Shown: positions 27,867 through 36,748, numbered from the stretch's first letter. The stretch is 53,296 bases of DNA from a virus (IMGVR_UViG_3300009566_000068:1-53296); one strand, 5' to 3'. Translations and numbers: made by a program. The notes: generated by a model not told the origin, from the letters alone.

Positions 27867-28928
27867 CTATTTCTCGGATATTTCGATGAGTGCCTGGTCG
27901 AGATCGAGGCCGGCATCTGCCTTGTCTTTGAGGGCTTTGCGGAGGACCTTCGCCGTGTCCTTCTTGATCCGCTTACGCGTCGACCCCAGGTTGAATATGA
28001 TCGTATCCTCGACACCTTCCTCTATACCCTCCTGGATAGACGCGAGCTTGCCATCAAGGTATTCGCGGGCAACCTTCGCCAGCGCGAAAAACGCGATCGT
28101 CGAATTGATGATCTTCTGGTTCTGCTTAACGGCGATGATTCCGTCCAGGAGGTCGCTGTACTCGGAGATCCGGCCAGCCATCACGTTCTTGCTCTTGACC
28201 GATTCCAGGATGCCCTCGCAGATCGACTTCATCTGCTCGATCTCGTCCGGAAGAAACAGGAGCGCGATCTCCTTGAACAGCGGCCTCTGCTCCGCGATTG
28301 TCTTGAAATCGACATTCGTGAGCTTCTCGATCAGCTCGTTCGACAGGCCGGAATAGATGGAGGCCTCCAGGTCGTCAATTTCCATCCATAATTCTTTGAG
28401 GACCTGCTCGTCGTCCTGGCCGGCTATGGCGTTATGCGAGAGCTGGATCGCGATCTGACGCTGTTTCGAGAGCGGCTTGTCGATCAGAAGGACCAGGTTC
28501 TCCTGGATACCCGCGGCGATCGCGGCCTTGAGCCGGTGATTGCCGGAAAGGACCAGCAGGCGACCGTTCTCCTGGAGATAGCACAGCGGGAGCGATGTCA
28601 GCCCACCGTCGTTTTTGATGTTTCGGGTGAGCGCCTCGAACTGCTCTTTTTTCATGAACCGCGCGTTCTTCTCGAGGAAGTCAATCTCCCGCGCTTTTGC
28701 AAGATAGAGCTTATAAGGTATTTTCCCGGCCAGCCGCGAATTAAACTCGTCAAGCACCACCTGGGTGTCCCGTGCCGGCATGGGTGCGCTGCCATCGATT
28801 AACAGCTGACCCGCGTCCGGCAGCGGCATCACTGTCAATACTCCCTCCTGTCCGACTGGAACCTCCGTCCCGGTCATAGTCTCGCCTGTCCCTTCACTCG
28901 TTCTCATTTTTTGTATTTTTTTACCCAT
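27867..28928 (-). CDS. ParB/Srx N-terminal domain protein partnered with the DNA-modification gene
   Basis: 'NARFM', 'VLSGNHRLKAA', 'QLSHNAIAGQDD'. Confidence 0.75.
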   Translation of the reverse strand: MGKKIQKMRTSEGTGETMTGTEVPVGQEGVLTVMPLPDAGQLLIDGSAPMPARDTQVVLDEFNSRLAGKIPYKLYLAKAREIDFLEKNARFMKKEQFEALTRNIKNDGGLTSLPLCYLQENGRLLVLSGNHRLKAAIAAGIQENLVLLIDKPLSKQRQIAIQLSHNAIAGQDDEQVLKELWMEIDDLEASIYSGLSNELIEKLTNVDFKTIAEQRPLFKEIALLFLPDEIEQMKSICEGILESVKSKNVMAGRISEYSDLLDGIIAVKQNQKIINSTIAFFALAKVAREYLDGKLASIQEGIEEGVEDTIIFNLGSTRKRIKKDTAKVLRKALKDKADAGLDLDQALIEISEK

Positions 28929-30205
28929 GTCTGCACAGCCTCCTTACAGCTTAATTCCCCGCACTCGGTCATATATTGCAGAAAGCCCTCGCCCCGCTTC
29001 TGGAGCTTGTACACGCCTCGGTATTTCATCGAAACAGGTTTGTCCGTGAACGCCGTCGTCAGGATGAAATCGACGGCCTGGATAAACTTCGCCTTGAGGA
29101 TCTCCTGCAGCTCCGTCGTTTTCGTCGCGAGCAGGACGAGCTTCGAGAGCTTCTCTATAGGGTGCGCGATAATGAAATCCGAAAGCAGGTAAACGCCCCG
29201 CGTGGACTTGTCCTGGTCCATTCCATAGCGGATCACGTCGAACAGCAGAAAGCCGAACAGGTAGCCATCGAGCAACACCATGAGCGGCGAGAGCCCGGTC
29301 GTATGGTCGATTCCTTTTTTCAGGAACACGTTCTTATAATAATTCAGCCGGGAGTTATCGGTCTTTTTGAAAGTCAAGATGCTCTCCCTCGTGATCTCGT
29401 AATCGTCGGGGAGATAGGCGATGTCGCCCTTGACGCTTTTCGAGGAAGGCATGACATACGATTTCCTAAACGGCAAATTGCTGTATAAATAGACGTTCTT
29501 GAGCCGCCCCGTTTTAACGACGGCAAACAGGCCGTCCTCCTCGCGGTCATAGTCAGCCAAGTAAAGGAAATCGCCCTGGCGCATGAAGCTCACAGTCTCC
29601 TCGTATCGCTCCTTGGTCAGAATCTCGTATTCCGGTGCATCCCAGGAGAGTATCTGGTCCAGCCTCGCGTATAATTTCTCATACCCGCCGACATAGGTCG
29701 GCAGAAACGCGATTCGGATAAATTCCGAACCCAAGCCGCGGTACAGGTCGTGAACGTCCATCATCGTATAATTCTCAATCTTGATCGCGTCGAGCGACGC
29801 CTTGATCCGGACGCATGACTGTTCCCAGAATCGGGAGAACTCCTTACGGTAATGGTCAAATAAACGGATCTGCGCCAGGTTGTTCCGCTTCTCGTTTTTC
29901 AGCATCTCGAAAAGCAGAAAGACCGCGCTGATTCGCGAGATCCCATCCACGGCGATATATGGCTCAAGCCAATTATATCCCGGCTCCTTGATCTCGAGAC
30001 GCATCTCCTTGCCGGCAAGGTAATTGCCCATAAGCGACGAATAAAGCGCGATGTCGTTTGACCAGATTTGGCAACCCATTCCCTGGAGGATCTGCTCGAC
30101 GGTGAAATTACCGGAGCACCCGACACATATTTTTCGATCTTTGAACAGGTGCTTCTCGGTGAACAGCACGCTCCGAATTTTCGAGTTTATTGATCCAACA
30201 AACAT
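28904..30205 (-). CDS. Putative DNA-modification enzyme: Dam-like MTase fold plus GNAT (Mom-like) domain
   Basis: 'CVGCSGNFTVE..SNDIALYS', 'FLPTYVGGYE'; C-terminal 'YLLSDF..KLSKLVL..TTAFTDKPVSMKYRG'. Confidence 0.65.
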   Translation of the reverse strand: MFVGSINSKIRSVLFTEKHLFKDRKICVGCSGNFTVEQILQGMGCQIWSNDIALYSSLMGNYLAGKEMRLEIKEPGYNWLEPYIAVDGISRISAVFLLFEMLKNEKRNNLAQIRLFDHYRKEFSRFWEQSCVRIKASLDAIKIENYTMMDVHDLYRGLGSEFIRIAFLPTYVGGYEKLYARLDQILSWDAPEYEILTKERYEETVSFMRQGDFLYLADYDREEDGLFAVVKTGRLKNVYLYSNLPFRKSYVMPSSKSVKGDIAYLPDDYEITRESILTFKKTDNSRLNYYKNVFLKKGIDHTTGLSPLMVLLDGYLFGFLLFDVIRYGMDQDKSTRGVYLLSDFIIAHPIEKLSKLVLLATKTTELQEILKAKFIQAVDFILTTAFTDKPVSMKYRGVYKLQKRGEGFLQYMTECGELSCKEAVQTWVKKYKK

Positions 30206-30495
30206 TTGCTTTCTCCCTTTGCAAACAAGTCATTTCGCAAATCAACAAAGCTCTCGGGTGTCCAGAATACTTTCCATCCCGACTTGAATTTTCCGGTCCG
30301 CTCGCATGACGATTGACCAGGACGCTCGATCTTTGCAACAACCGCCTTTGCAATCGCGAGCTTGTTGCGACGGAAAACAATCTCATCACCTTCCTTGCAC
30401 TTCGGCGGAAACCGGAATGACCAGAATTCCCATGATCCCGGAGGCGGCTCTTTCCAAAAATGAGACATCGCATGATCAGGCACATTGATATTCAT
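30187..30495 (-). CDS. Hypothetical protein (possibly PUA/ASCH-like)
   Basis: 'EFWSFR.PP..K.GD.I.F' pattern; coupled in operon. Confidence 0.45.
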   Translation of the reverse strand: MNINVPDHAMSHFWKEPPPGSWEFWSFRFPPKCKEGDEIVFRRNKLAIAKAVVAKIERPGQSSCERTGKFKSGWKVFWTPESFVDLRNDLFAKGESKCLLDQ

Positions 30496-30854
30496 TTCCT
30501 CAGCCTCTGCAATCTGTCAATTTCGGCAGCGATGAGCGCCCCAGCCTTCGCAAGATCGCGCATCCGTTTTTCCCTGCTTAGATTTTCTCCCGGGATCAAT
30601 TTGCCGCGGCTGGTACGATGACGTTTATCACAATCTGCATCCCAATCCTCCGGCCATGGATCAACAAAATAAATTGTCGCATAATCGTCCCTCTGGAAAA
30701 AAATCGGCTCCGGAGCCGCATAGCAGATTGCCGCGCAAACCAGCTCGCACGCGGTATGGTCGTCATCATGCGAATTGTCAAAACCCTCATCCTCGATTTG
30801 TCTCAATCGCTCATCAGTAATCATCTCGATTCCCGTTTTCATTTTTCCCTCCAC
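30492..30854 (-). CDS. Conserved phage protein
   Basis: 'ERLRQIEDEG...HDD...EL..AA.CYA...RDL.KAGALIAAEIDRL' signature. Confidence 0.7.
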   Translation of the reverse strand: MEGKMKTGIEMITDERLRQIEDEGFDNSHDDDHTACELVCAAICYAAPEPIFFQRDDYATIYFVDPWPEDWDADCDKRHRTSRGKLIPGENLSREKRMRDLAKAGALIAAEIDRLQRLRK

Positions 30855-30929
30855 CTATCTTTTTCTCTCTATGCTCCCATTCCTTGGCATGGTTTTTGTC
30901 CAGGGTCATTTGAGCGAAATCGCTTTTTT

Positions 30930-31254
30930 TCGTTCATTACGCTCGATTTTACGCATTTTTGAAAATCTCATTTTGCTATTCGTTTTCAATTCCCGCCAAT
31001 GTAGAGATGGTAAGGGTTTACGCGCGCCCGCTATCCCAGGAATAGTAAGGGGTTGCGGAGATGTCTAAAGCCCAATGATATTAATGATTTACTCTCGTTT
31101 CGTTTTTCGTCCCCGCAAGCGTAGAGTGGGTAAGGGATAGACGGCGCACGAGGATGGTCGCTACGCAACGATCTCGACCGCCCCCTTATGATTATAAAGG
31201 GGTGGCACACAGCGGTTTTCGTGCTTTTTGCCATATTTGGCATGATATTTGTCC
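30930..31254. repeat. ~325-bp non-coding cassette, copy B
   Basis: Homologous to 14846-15170; an extra exact copy of the 18-bp end motif lies at 30884-30901. Confidence 0.9.
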
Positions 31255-31259
31255 ACGTC

Positions 31260-31535
31260 TCATTTTTTGCTCCCTCCATTTTGGGTGTTATTTTGAGGGT
31301 CGCCCTCCACTGTCTTTTCTTCTCCTGTTATCTTCCCTTCCGGAGAATTTTTTGCCGATGTCGCCGTGATCGATTTGAAAAAAAGATCGATATTGTCGCG
31401 GTGTGCGTAGCACCTTCCGTCCAGGTATAGCACTGGCATCCCGAGGCGAATAAATTTCACATAGATGTATTCGGAGATTCCGAGGTACTCCATTATCTCC
31501 TCGCGCCTGGTAAATACTTTTTTCGTTTCGGTCAT
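31260..31535 (-). CDS. Small HTH DNA-binding protein (Xis/Nu1-like)
   Basis: 'REEIMEYLGIS...IRLGMPV..DGR.YAH..NID.F'; ATGA overlap with terL. Confidence 0.6.
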   Translation of the reverse strand: MTETKKVFTRREEIMEYLGISEYIYVKFIRLGMPVLYLDGRCYAHRDNIDLFFKSITATSAKNSPEGKITGEEKTVEGDPQNNTQNGGSKK

Positions 31536-33487
31536 CTATTGTTCAACCAGGCGGGCCGCTCGTAATTGCCTGGACGCCCCCCGATATGCTCGACTTCCTT
31601 TTTCTGAACATCCCTTGGCACCTGATTTTTAGCCGCTTGCTGTTTCATGAAATTCGCTAACATCTGCAATGACGGAATCCATTGCGAATCGGCGCAGCTC
31701 GCCGCGATCACTTCGCAGTCGAGGAGATGGTTCGCTCCACGCTTCTTCCAGTATCTTTTGCCCTTGCGATCGCGGGCGAGTTCTTCACCCAGGAGCTGCC
31801 GGGCGTAATCTTCGCCGGTGTCGGCATGAAGAAAAAAATTCTGCTTTTCTTCGGGCTTGCGCTCCAGACGCCAATGGATCAAAGCCTTGTATGCGTATGT
31901 GTCCAAGAGGCGCAGCTCCAACCCGCCCAGGATCGGCTTCGAGGACCTGGGGTAAGTGTCTATCCTGCTGACCTTGATCCGCTTCGCATGCAGCGAGTCC
32001 ACATGGGAGGCTCCCTTCGTTCCGTAAACGCGGTAAAGGGGCTCTCCGTTAGCGGTGAAGCCAACGGGAGGCTGGCTCCTGATCCATTGGTAAACTTCTT
32101 CCGTCCGTGAAATCTCGTCATCGTCTGTCTCACCTCCCCCGGTATCGATACCGGACCTCCAAATCGCCATGGTGCGCTCGGAGTTTTCGACCTTGAACTC
32201 AGTCCGCCAGATCAGCGCCTCGACATCCGCCCAACTGTGCAGCTGGCCGTACTGGACGAGCGAGCTCGTCAGGTCCTCCGCCCACGCGCGAACCACAAAC
32301 CAGAAGCTGTATTTCTGCGTGTCTACGCCGGCGGTCAGCGCGATCGCCCAAGATGGGATGATTAGTGGCGGGGTCTGTGTCCTATGGGCAAGGATGGTAC
32401 TCTCCCTTTTCGGGATATACGTTTCTTTCCATTCCTCGGAGCAATGCTGAGTAACCCACGCGCGGAGTTTCTCCCGATCACCTTGTCCCTCGACAAAGGC
32501 GGCGGCCGCCTCCGACATCGATTGCACGTACCAGGATTGCAGCATGAAGGCGACCACGCGGGGCCGCTCGATCGGGATCTCCGCACGCCAACCGTTGTTC
32601 ATTGTCGCAAGGACCGCCTTATCGCGCATGGAGTCGTCCCAAGCCATGCCGCACCCGCGGCAGAGATAACGGGCGAGCTTCTTGCGGAGGATCTCCCGGG
32701 GATCGCGCGAGCTTCCCCAGGTGATCCTCTCCCAAAGCATCCGCTGTTCCTCTCCGCACAGCGGACATTTCACAAAGTAATAGCGTATCTCGTCTGCCCT
32801 GGCCTTGATAACCTTCGTCAACAGACCGGTCTCGTCGGTCGCTGTAGAACCACCGTAAATTTTATAAGTGTGCGGGAACGAATTAGTACGGGCGCGGGCC
32901 AGGACAAAGGCATCTGGCTCCGCTGTGGTGGGAGCCTCGTACTTGTTCATCTCGTCCAGGATCATTAATTCCATCGCATCGGACGACAAGGCCGAGGCCG
33001 AACCCGCCCACGCTCCTGTTATATCCATGCCGTTGATAAACGAAACATTCAGGTTTGTCGTATCGTCCATCTTGGAACTCATGACGGCAAGGGTACGCGG
33101 TGAGGATTTTATGGACGGAATAATCCTGCGCCGCATAATTCTCTTGGTCAGTTTCTCGTTGGGCATGACCAGCATCGCGGAAGTCGGCGCCAGGTCGATT
33201 CGCTTCATCAGATAATTGATAACGGATTGAGTCTTTACCGTCTGCGGGGGAGCCTGGACGTAGACCTCCCGGACATAAGGAAGGTCAAGCGCGTCCATAA
33301 TGCCGACAGCACAAGGCGACAGCTCGTTGCGCCAGGGGCTTTTGCGACCGCCGTCAACAACGACTCGGTGACGGGCAGCCCATTCAGCCGTCGAAATCTT
33401 CTCGGGGATGCGGAAAACCAGAGCCTCGCCCGCGGTGAAACGAAATGTCTCGCCCGGCTTCGGCACATAACTTAATTCAGTCGTCAT
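31532..33487 (-). CDS. Terminase large subunit (lambda gpA family)
   Basis: Walker A-like 'PPQTVKT', Walker B 'MILDE', CPLC/CRGC, nuclease 'AGVDTQ', 'GIDTGG', 'NHLLDCEV'. Confidence 0.93.
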   Translation of the reverse strand: MTTELSYVPKPGETFRFTAGEALVFRIPEKISTAEWAARHRVVVDGGRKSPWRNELSPCAVGIMDALDLPYVREVYVQAPPQTVKTQSVINYLMKRIDLAPTSAMLVMPNEKLTKRIMRRRIIPSIKSSPRTLAVMSSKMDDTTNLNVSFINGMDITGAWAGSASALSSDAMELMILDEMNKYEAPTTAEPDAFVLARARTNSFPHTYKIYGGSTATDETGLLTKVIKARADEIRYYFVKCPLCGEEQRMLWERITWGSSRDPREILRKKLARYLCRGCGMAWDDSMRDKAVLATMNNGWRAEIPIERPRVVAFMLQSWYVQSMSEAAAAFVEGQGDREKLRAWVTQHCSEEWKETYIPKRESTILAHRTQTPPLIIPSWAIALTAGVDTQKYSFWFVVRAWAEDLTSSLVQYGQLHSWADVEALIWRTEFKVENSERTMAIWRSGIDTGGGETDDDEISRTEEVYQWIRSQPPVGFTANGEPLYRVYGTKGASHVDSLHAKRIKVSRIDTYPRSSKPILGGLELRLLDTYAYKALIHWRLERKPEEKQNFFLHADTGEDYARQLLGEELARDRKGKRYWKKRGANHLLDCEVIAASCADSQWIPSLQMLANFMKQQAAKNQVPRDVQKKEVEHIGGRPGNYERPAWLNNR

Positions 33488-34235
33488 CCTCTTCGTGCTC
33501 GTCCTCGATAATCAGCCCGACATCAGGAACAGAAAACTCAATATTCGCCGCATATCTGCCCAACACCTGCTCGAACTCGGCCAGCATGAACTCGATTAAA
33601 TCAGGAGCCTTGTCGTGATCGCCGGCCACCCTATCAATCATGTCGTCCGCCCTGCCTCGCGCGAGGGCCTCCAAATCATTCTTAAAGAGAGATGCCCGCT
33701 GTGCCAACGCCCGTTCAAAGGCCTCGCGCTCAATATACTTTCCTTCTAGGACCTCGACCTGGATTCGTTTGATCCGGGTAATGATCTCGGCTGTGTCCGC
33801 GTCCGCTTTGCGCTTGCGCTCCATGTCGGAATCAGAACCCGTGCTCTCGCTGCCGTCAAGCCGCGATAACATGGAGCTGGCATAAGCATCGACATCGGCC
33901 TTGTAATATTTGCCGTCACTCCGGGGCCTGAGCAAACCTTCGTCCTTGTGATTGTAGCCGGTCCGGTTCGAAATCTTATAACCCTGCTCCTGGAGATAGG
34001 TGACGACCGACGAAACATTCGAAAACGACAGCTCGTTAGGCTTTGGATCAATCGAACCCAGGAAGGAATCAAGCTCATTTTCCGCTGCCCGCCAGTTGCG
34101 GAGATTGGAGGCAGTCGGCTCGTCGCGATACGATGTCGCGCATTGAACCATCCCGTTATATAAGAGAACAGCCTTGCTCCGTACCTCCGCGGGCTTGTCT
34201 GATATTGCTGCTTCCAGAGTTTCTTTGCTTATCAC
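33477..34235 (-). CDS. Terminase small subunit-like protein
   Basis: wHTH plus coiled coil ending 'LEGKYIER'; overlaps terL. Confidence 0.7.
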   Translation of the reverse strand: MISKETLEAAISDKPAEVRSKAVLLYNGMVQCATSYRDEPTASNLRNWRAAENELDSFLGSIDPKPNELSFSNVSSVVTYLQEQGYKISNRTGYNHKDEGLLRPRSDGKYYKADVDAYASSMLSRLDGSESTGSDSDMERKRKADADTAEIITRIKRIQVEVLEGKYIEREAFERALAQRASLFKNDLEALARGRADDMIDRVAGDHDKAPDLIEFMLAEFEQVLGRYAANIEFSVPDVGLIIEDEHEEDDD

Positions 34236-34403
34236 AAATCAACTCACCCTCATTCTGTCTTATTTTTTTCTTCGGTTTTCCCAGGGAAAAACCCATCATC
34301 GGTATCTTTCACGGAGTACGATATAATTTTAAATATAGTGATCCCCAGGATTTTATACTTTTTAAGTTCTTTGAATTTTATAGATTCCATATTTGCATCC
34401 CCC

Positions 34404-34748
34404 TCATTTCACTTTGAGAATTTCACCATTAACCAGGCAAACCAGATCACCCGCATTGAGAGCTTCGCCCGCTTTCCAGGCCGTATGTGATCGCCACAGG
34501 TGTAAACTCAGTTCCTCCAAGTGGATTTCTGTCTCGCAATTCAGAATTTTGCCAGCGAGTTTAAACAACTGACAGGCACACCAGATACGAAAATAAAACT
34601 GCTTTTTTAATTTGATGTTGATCGTCAACAGCGTACCCATGCAACCCTTTATAGAAATAACTTTCATTTTCACTCTCCCTCCTCTTGACAATAATGCCGG
34701 CGAGATAAAGACAAACAACAATACCAAGTACAACAAGGCCACCTTCAT
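34404..34748 (-). CDS. Hypothetical protein
   Basis: ORF only; start uncertain. Confidence 0.3.
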   Translation of the reverse strand: MKVALLYLVLLFVFISPALLSRGGRVKMKVISIKGCMGTLLTINIKLKKQFYFRIWCACQLFKLAGKILNCETEIHLEELSLHLWRSHTAWKAGEALNAGDLVCLVNGEILKVK

Positions 34749-34780
34749 TCCGGCACCCGCGCCCCTTCGCTCGCCCTCCC

Positions 34781-35230
34781 CTATATGTACCTACCAGGAA
34801 ACAAGGCCACCGCCTTGATCTCCACGAAGGCATTGAACTTCAAACGCCACATCTTGATCGTCTGTGGATGGACCGCCAACACTTCCGCGATCTGCCGGTC
34901 CCAGCTCGTCAACGACAGCATGAGCGCCAGGATCACAATTTCCGCAAACGAGAACTGCGATCCGCTCAAAAAACTCCCGGTGAGCGCCGTGGAAAATCCT
35001 CCGCAACTCTGACACTTGAACCGCTTGCCCGACCAGAACTGCCGCTCGGTTTTCGCGGAAAGTCCCGATCCACATTTCGGGCATACTGCGCCGGTCGGAT
35101 ACAGCTTTTGCAATATCCATTTTCGGCAGAAACTCTCGTCGAAAAACGCCGAACTCAGCTCGCGGAGGATCTGCTCGTGCGGGAAAAATGAGGCTCTCGA
35201 CGGCCTTGCTCGGTTTTCATCATCTTGCAT
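34781..35230 (-). CDS. Zn-ribbon plus HTH protein resembling the N-terminal half of IS1595-family transposases
   Basis: 'CPKCG..RFKCQSCG...LTGSFLSGS' then 'RQIAEVLAVHPQTI'; no DDE domain; likely start ATG 35230. Confidence 0.6.
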   Translation of the reverse strand: MQDDENRARPSRASFFPHEQILRELSSAFFDESFCRKWILQKLYPTGAVCPKCGSGLSAKTERQFWSGKRFKCQSCGGFSTALTGSFLSGSQFSFAEIVILALMLSLTSWDRQIAEVLAVHPQTIKMWRLKFNAFVEIKAVALFPGRYI

Positions 35231-35270
35231 TTTTGCACCTTCAAAAATTACTCCGGGCGCGAAAGACTTG

Positions 35271-35313
35271 AGGTTCGAATTACCCGTATCGCGCACACTC
35301 TGTCGAAGGACCC
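35271..35313 (-). other. cos site (cosQ plus cosN-like)
   Basis: GGGTCCT (lambda cosQ sequence), 22 nt ending TACG, then GGTAATTCGAACCT; upstream of terS. Confidence 0.7.
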
Positions 35314-35315
35314 GC

Positions 35316-36080
35316 TCAACGGAACGCCGTCCTCAGAGCATCGGCAAGCGCCTGGTTGAAATTGCTCAACAACTTTGCGTCGATGATCTTCTGACCCACT
35401 TCGAAAAACCTGAATCGCTTAGTATAGATTGGCTTCTTAACAAACATATAGATCGGCTTGATCGCCGATCCGAAGGCGAATCCGATTCTCTTATAAATGC
35501 CAGGGGCCAGCCTTGAGCCTGAAAGCGGAACGAAATACTCAAAGCCTCTGCCAGTTTTCTTGCCGCCCTTCTTTAGTCGCGCCCGCCCTTTGTCGGTCAT
35601 GTTCGCTTTATACCCCTGCTCTCCGAGAGCCTGGAAATACGAGAGCACCTGAACGATCTGACCCCGGCTCAGGTTTCCGTACTGGTCCAGATCCGCGCCC
35701 TGTCCAGGGGTGATGAACATATCGCGAGGCAAAACCCCTATCCTTTGCAGGGCTGACTCGAAACGCTTAACCCTTCTGCTGCCACCCATGACCTGGGCCC
35801 AAAGGTATTTGACTGCGGGCGTCCCCTTTCCCGCGAAATCCTTGAGCCATACATAAGCCGTGAGGGTTTGCTTCGTGGCGGGCCTGAGCATGAGGCTGTT
35901 TAATGTATAGGGCGTCGGCCGATCGAACACCTTCTCCATTTCAGAGATCAGGCCGTCTTTGACTTCCTGCCCTGTTTTGGTAAGCGCCTTCGCTGTGGCA
36001 AAGGGGAGCTGTTGTTTTTCGAAATCGCTTAGAGATTTAATGACTTCATCAACTCCCTTTAATTCGACCTTGATTTCCAT
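35316..36080 (-). CDS. Tail completion-like protein (gpZ-like), displaced next to cos
   Basis: 'QLPFATAKALTKT...FDRPTPYTLNS'; basic protein. Confidence 0.6.
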   Translation of the reverse strand: MEIKVELKGVDEVIKSLSDFEKQQLPFATAKALTKTGQEVKDGLISEMEKVFDRPTPYTLNSLMLRPATKQTLTAYVWLKDFAGKGTPAVKYLWAQVMGGSRRVKRFESALQRIGVLPRDMFITPGQGADLDQYGNLSRGQIVQVLSYFQALGEQGYKANMTDKGRARLKKGGKKTGRGFEYFVPLSGSRLAPGIYKRIGFAFGSAIKPIYMFVKKPIYTKRFRFFEVGQKIIDAKLLSNFNQALADALRTAFR

Positions 36081-36092
36081 CTTTCGGCCCTT

Positions 36093-36398
36093 TCATCTTT
36101 TATGTTTCAATCTCATGCCGCCGCTTCTCATTAATTCCCGCAGATCAGAAGCTGCGTTCATGAGTAAAGCCTCTGCTTTGCAGGCCACGATAAACCGCTC
36201 ATGCTCGTCTTTTTTCAACCCGGGTTTAAATGAAATAGCCGGATCACCCTCGATTTCGACAAGCGATACGCCGTGTTCCTCGTTCTTCCCCAAGTATTCG
36301 AGCAGGTCAGTTATTGCCTGGCTATCAGCCGCGCATCTCAAGGGGCGTTTCGAACTCTTGAATGGGTTGTATTTATCTTTCATCTGAGCAATTGTCAT
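36093..36398 (-). CDS. Hypothetical protein
   Basis: RBS GGAGGG; directly after the origin. Confidence 0.55.
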   Translation of the reverse strand: MTIAQMKDKYNPFKSSKRPLRCAADSQAITDLLEYLGKNEEHGVSLVEIEGDPAISFKPGLKKDEHERFIVACKAEALLMNAASDLRELMRSGGMRLKHKR

Positions 36399-36408
36399 AA
36401 TCCCCTCC

Positions 36409-36668
36409 GGTCAGGGTGGTCATTGCTGGTCAGGGCGGCGGTCAGGGTGAAACCCCTTGAAATCGCGGCCTGGTCAGGGTGGTCAGGGTATTTTCTTTTA
36501 AAAACAAATTTCATAGTCAGAAATCTATTACGCGCGTGCGCGTGTACGTACATTGTTATTGATTTTCACCCTGACCACCCTGACCACTTCCGCAAACTCA
36601 AAACAGATAAGGACTTGCGCGGTCAGGGTGAAAGCCTTTGACCCTGACCACCCCTGACCACCCTGACC
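36409..36668. repeat. Iteron array, putative replication origin
   Basis: 11 copies of GGTCAGGG/CCCTGACC (6 forward, 5 reverse) around an AT-rich core, just downstream of the primase. Confidence 0.85.
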
Positions 36669-36748
36669 GGCCCCCCGCCGCCATTTCCAGGAGCCTGGTT
36701 CGCCGAAGCAAACAAGGGGCGCGGGGGCAAGGTGCGGAAATCTGATGA

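Noticed and set aside
34781-35296. Active IS element
   Set aside because: No DDE domain, inverted repeats or target duplication; the annotated 5' extension overlaps cos
36409-36668. CRISPR array
   Set aside because: Repeats are 8-9 bp, in both orientations and irregularly spaced; no cas genes
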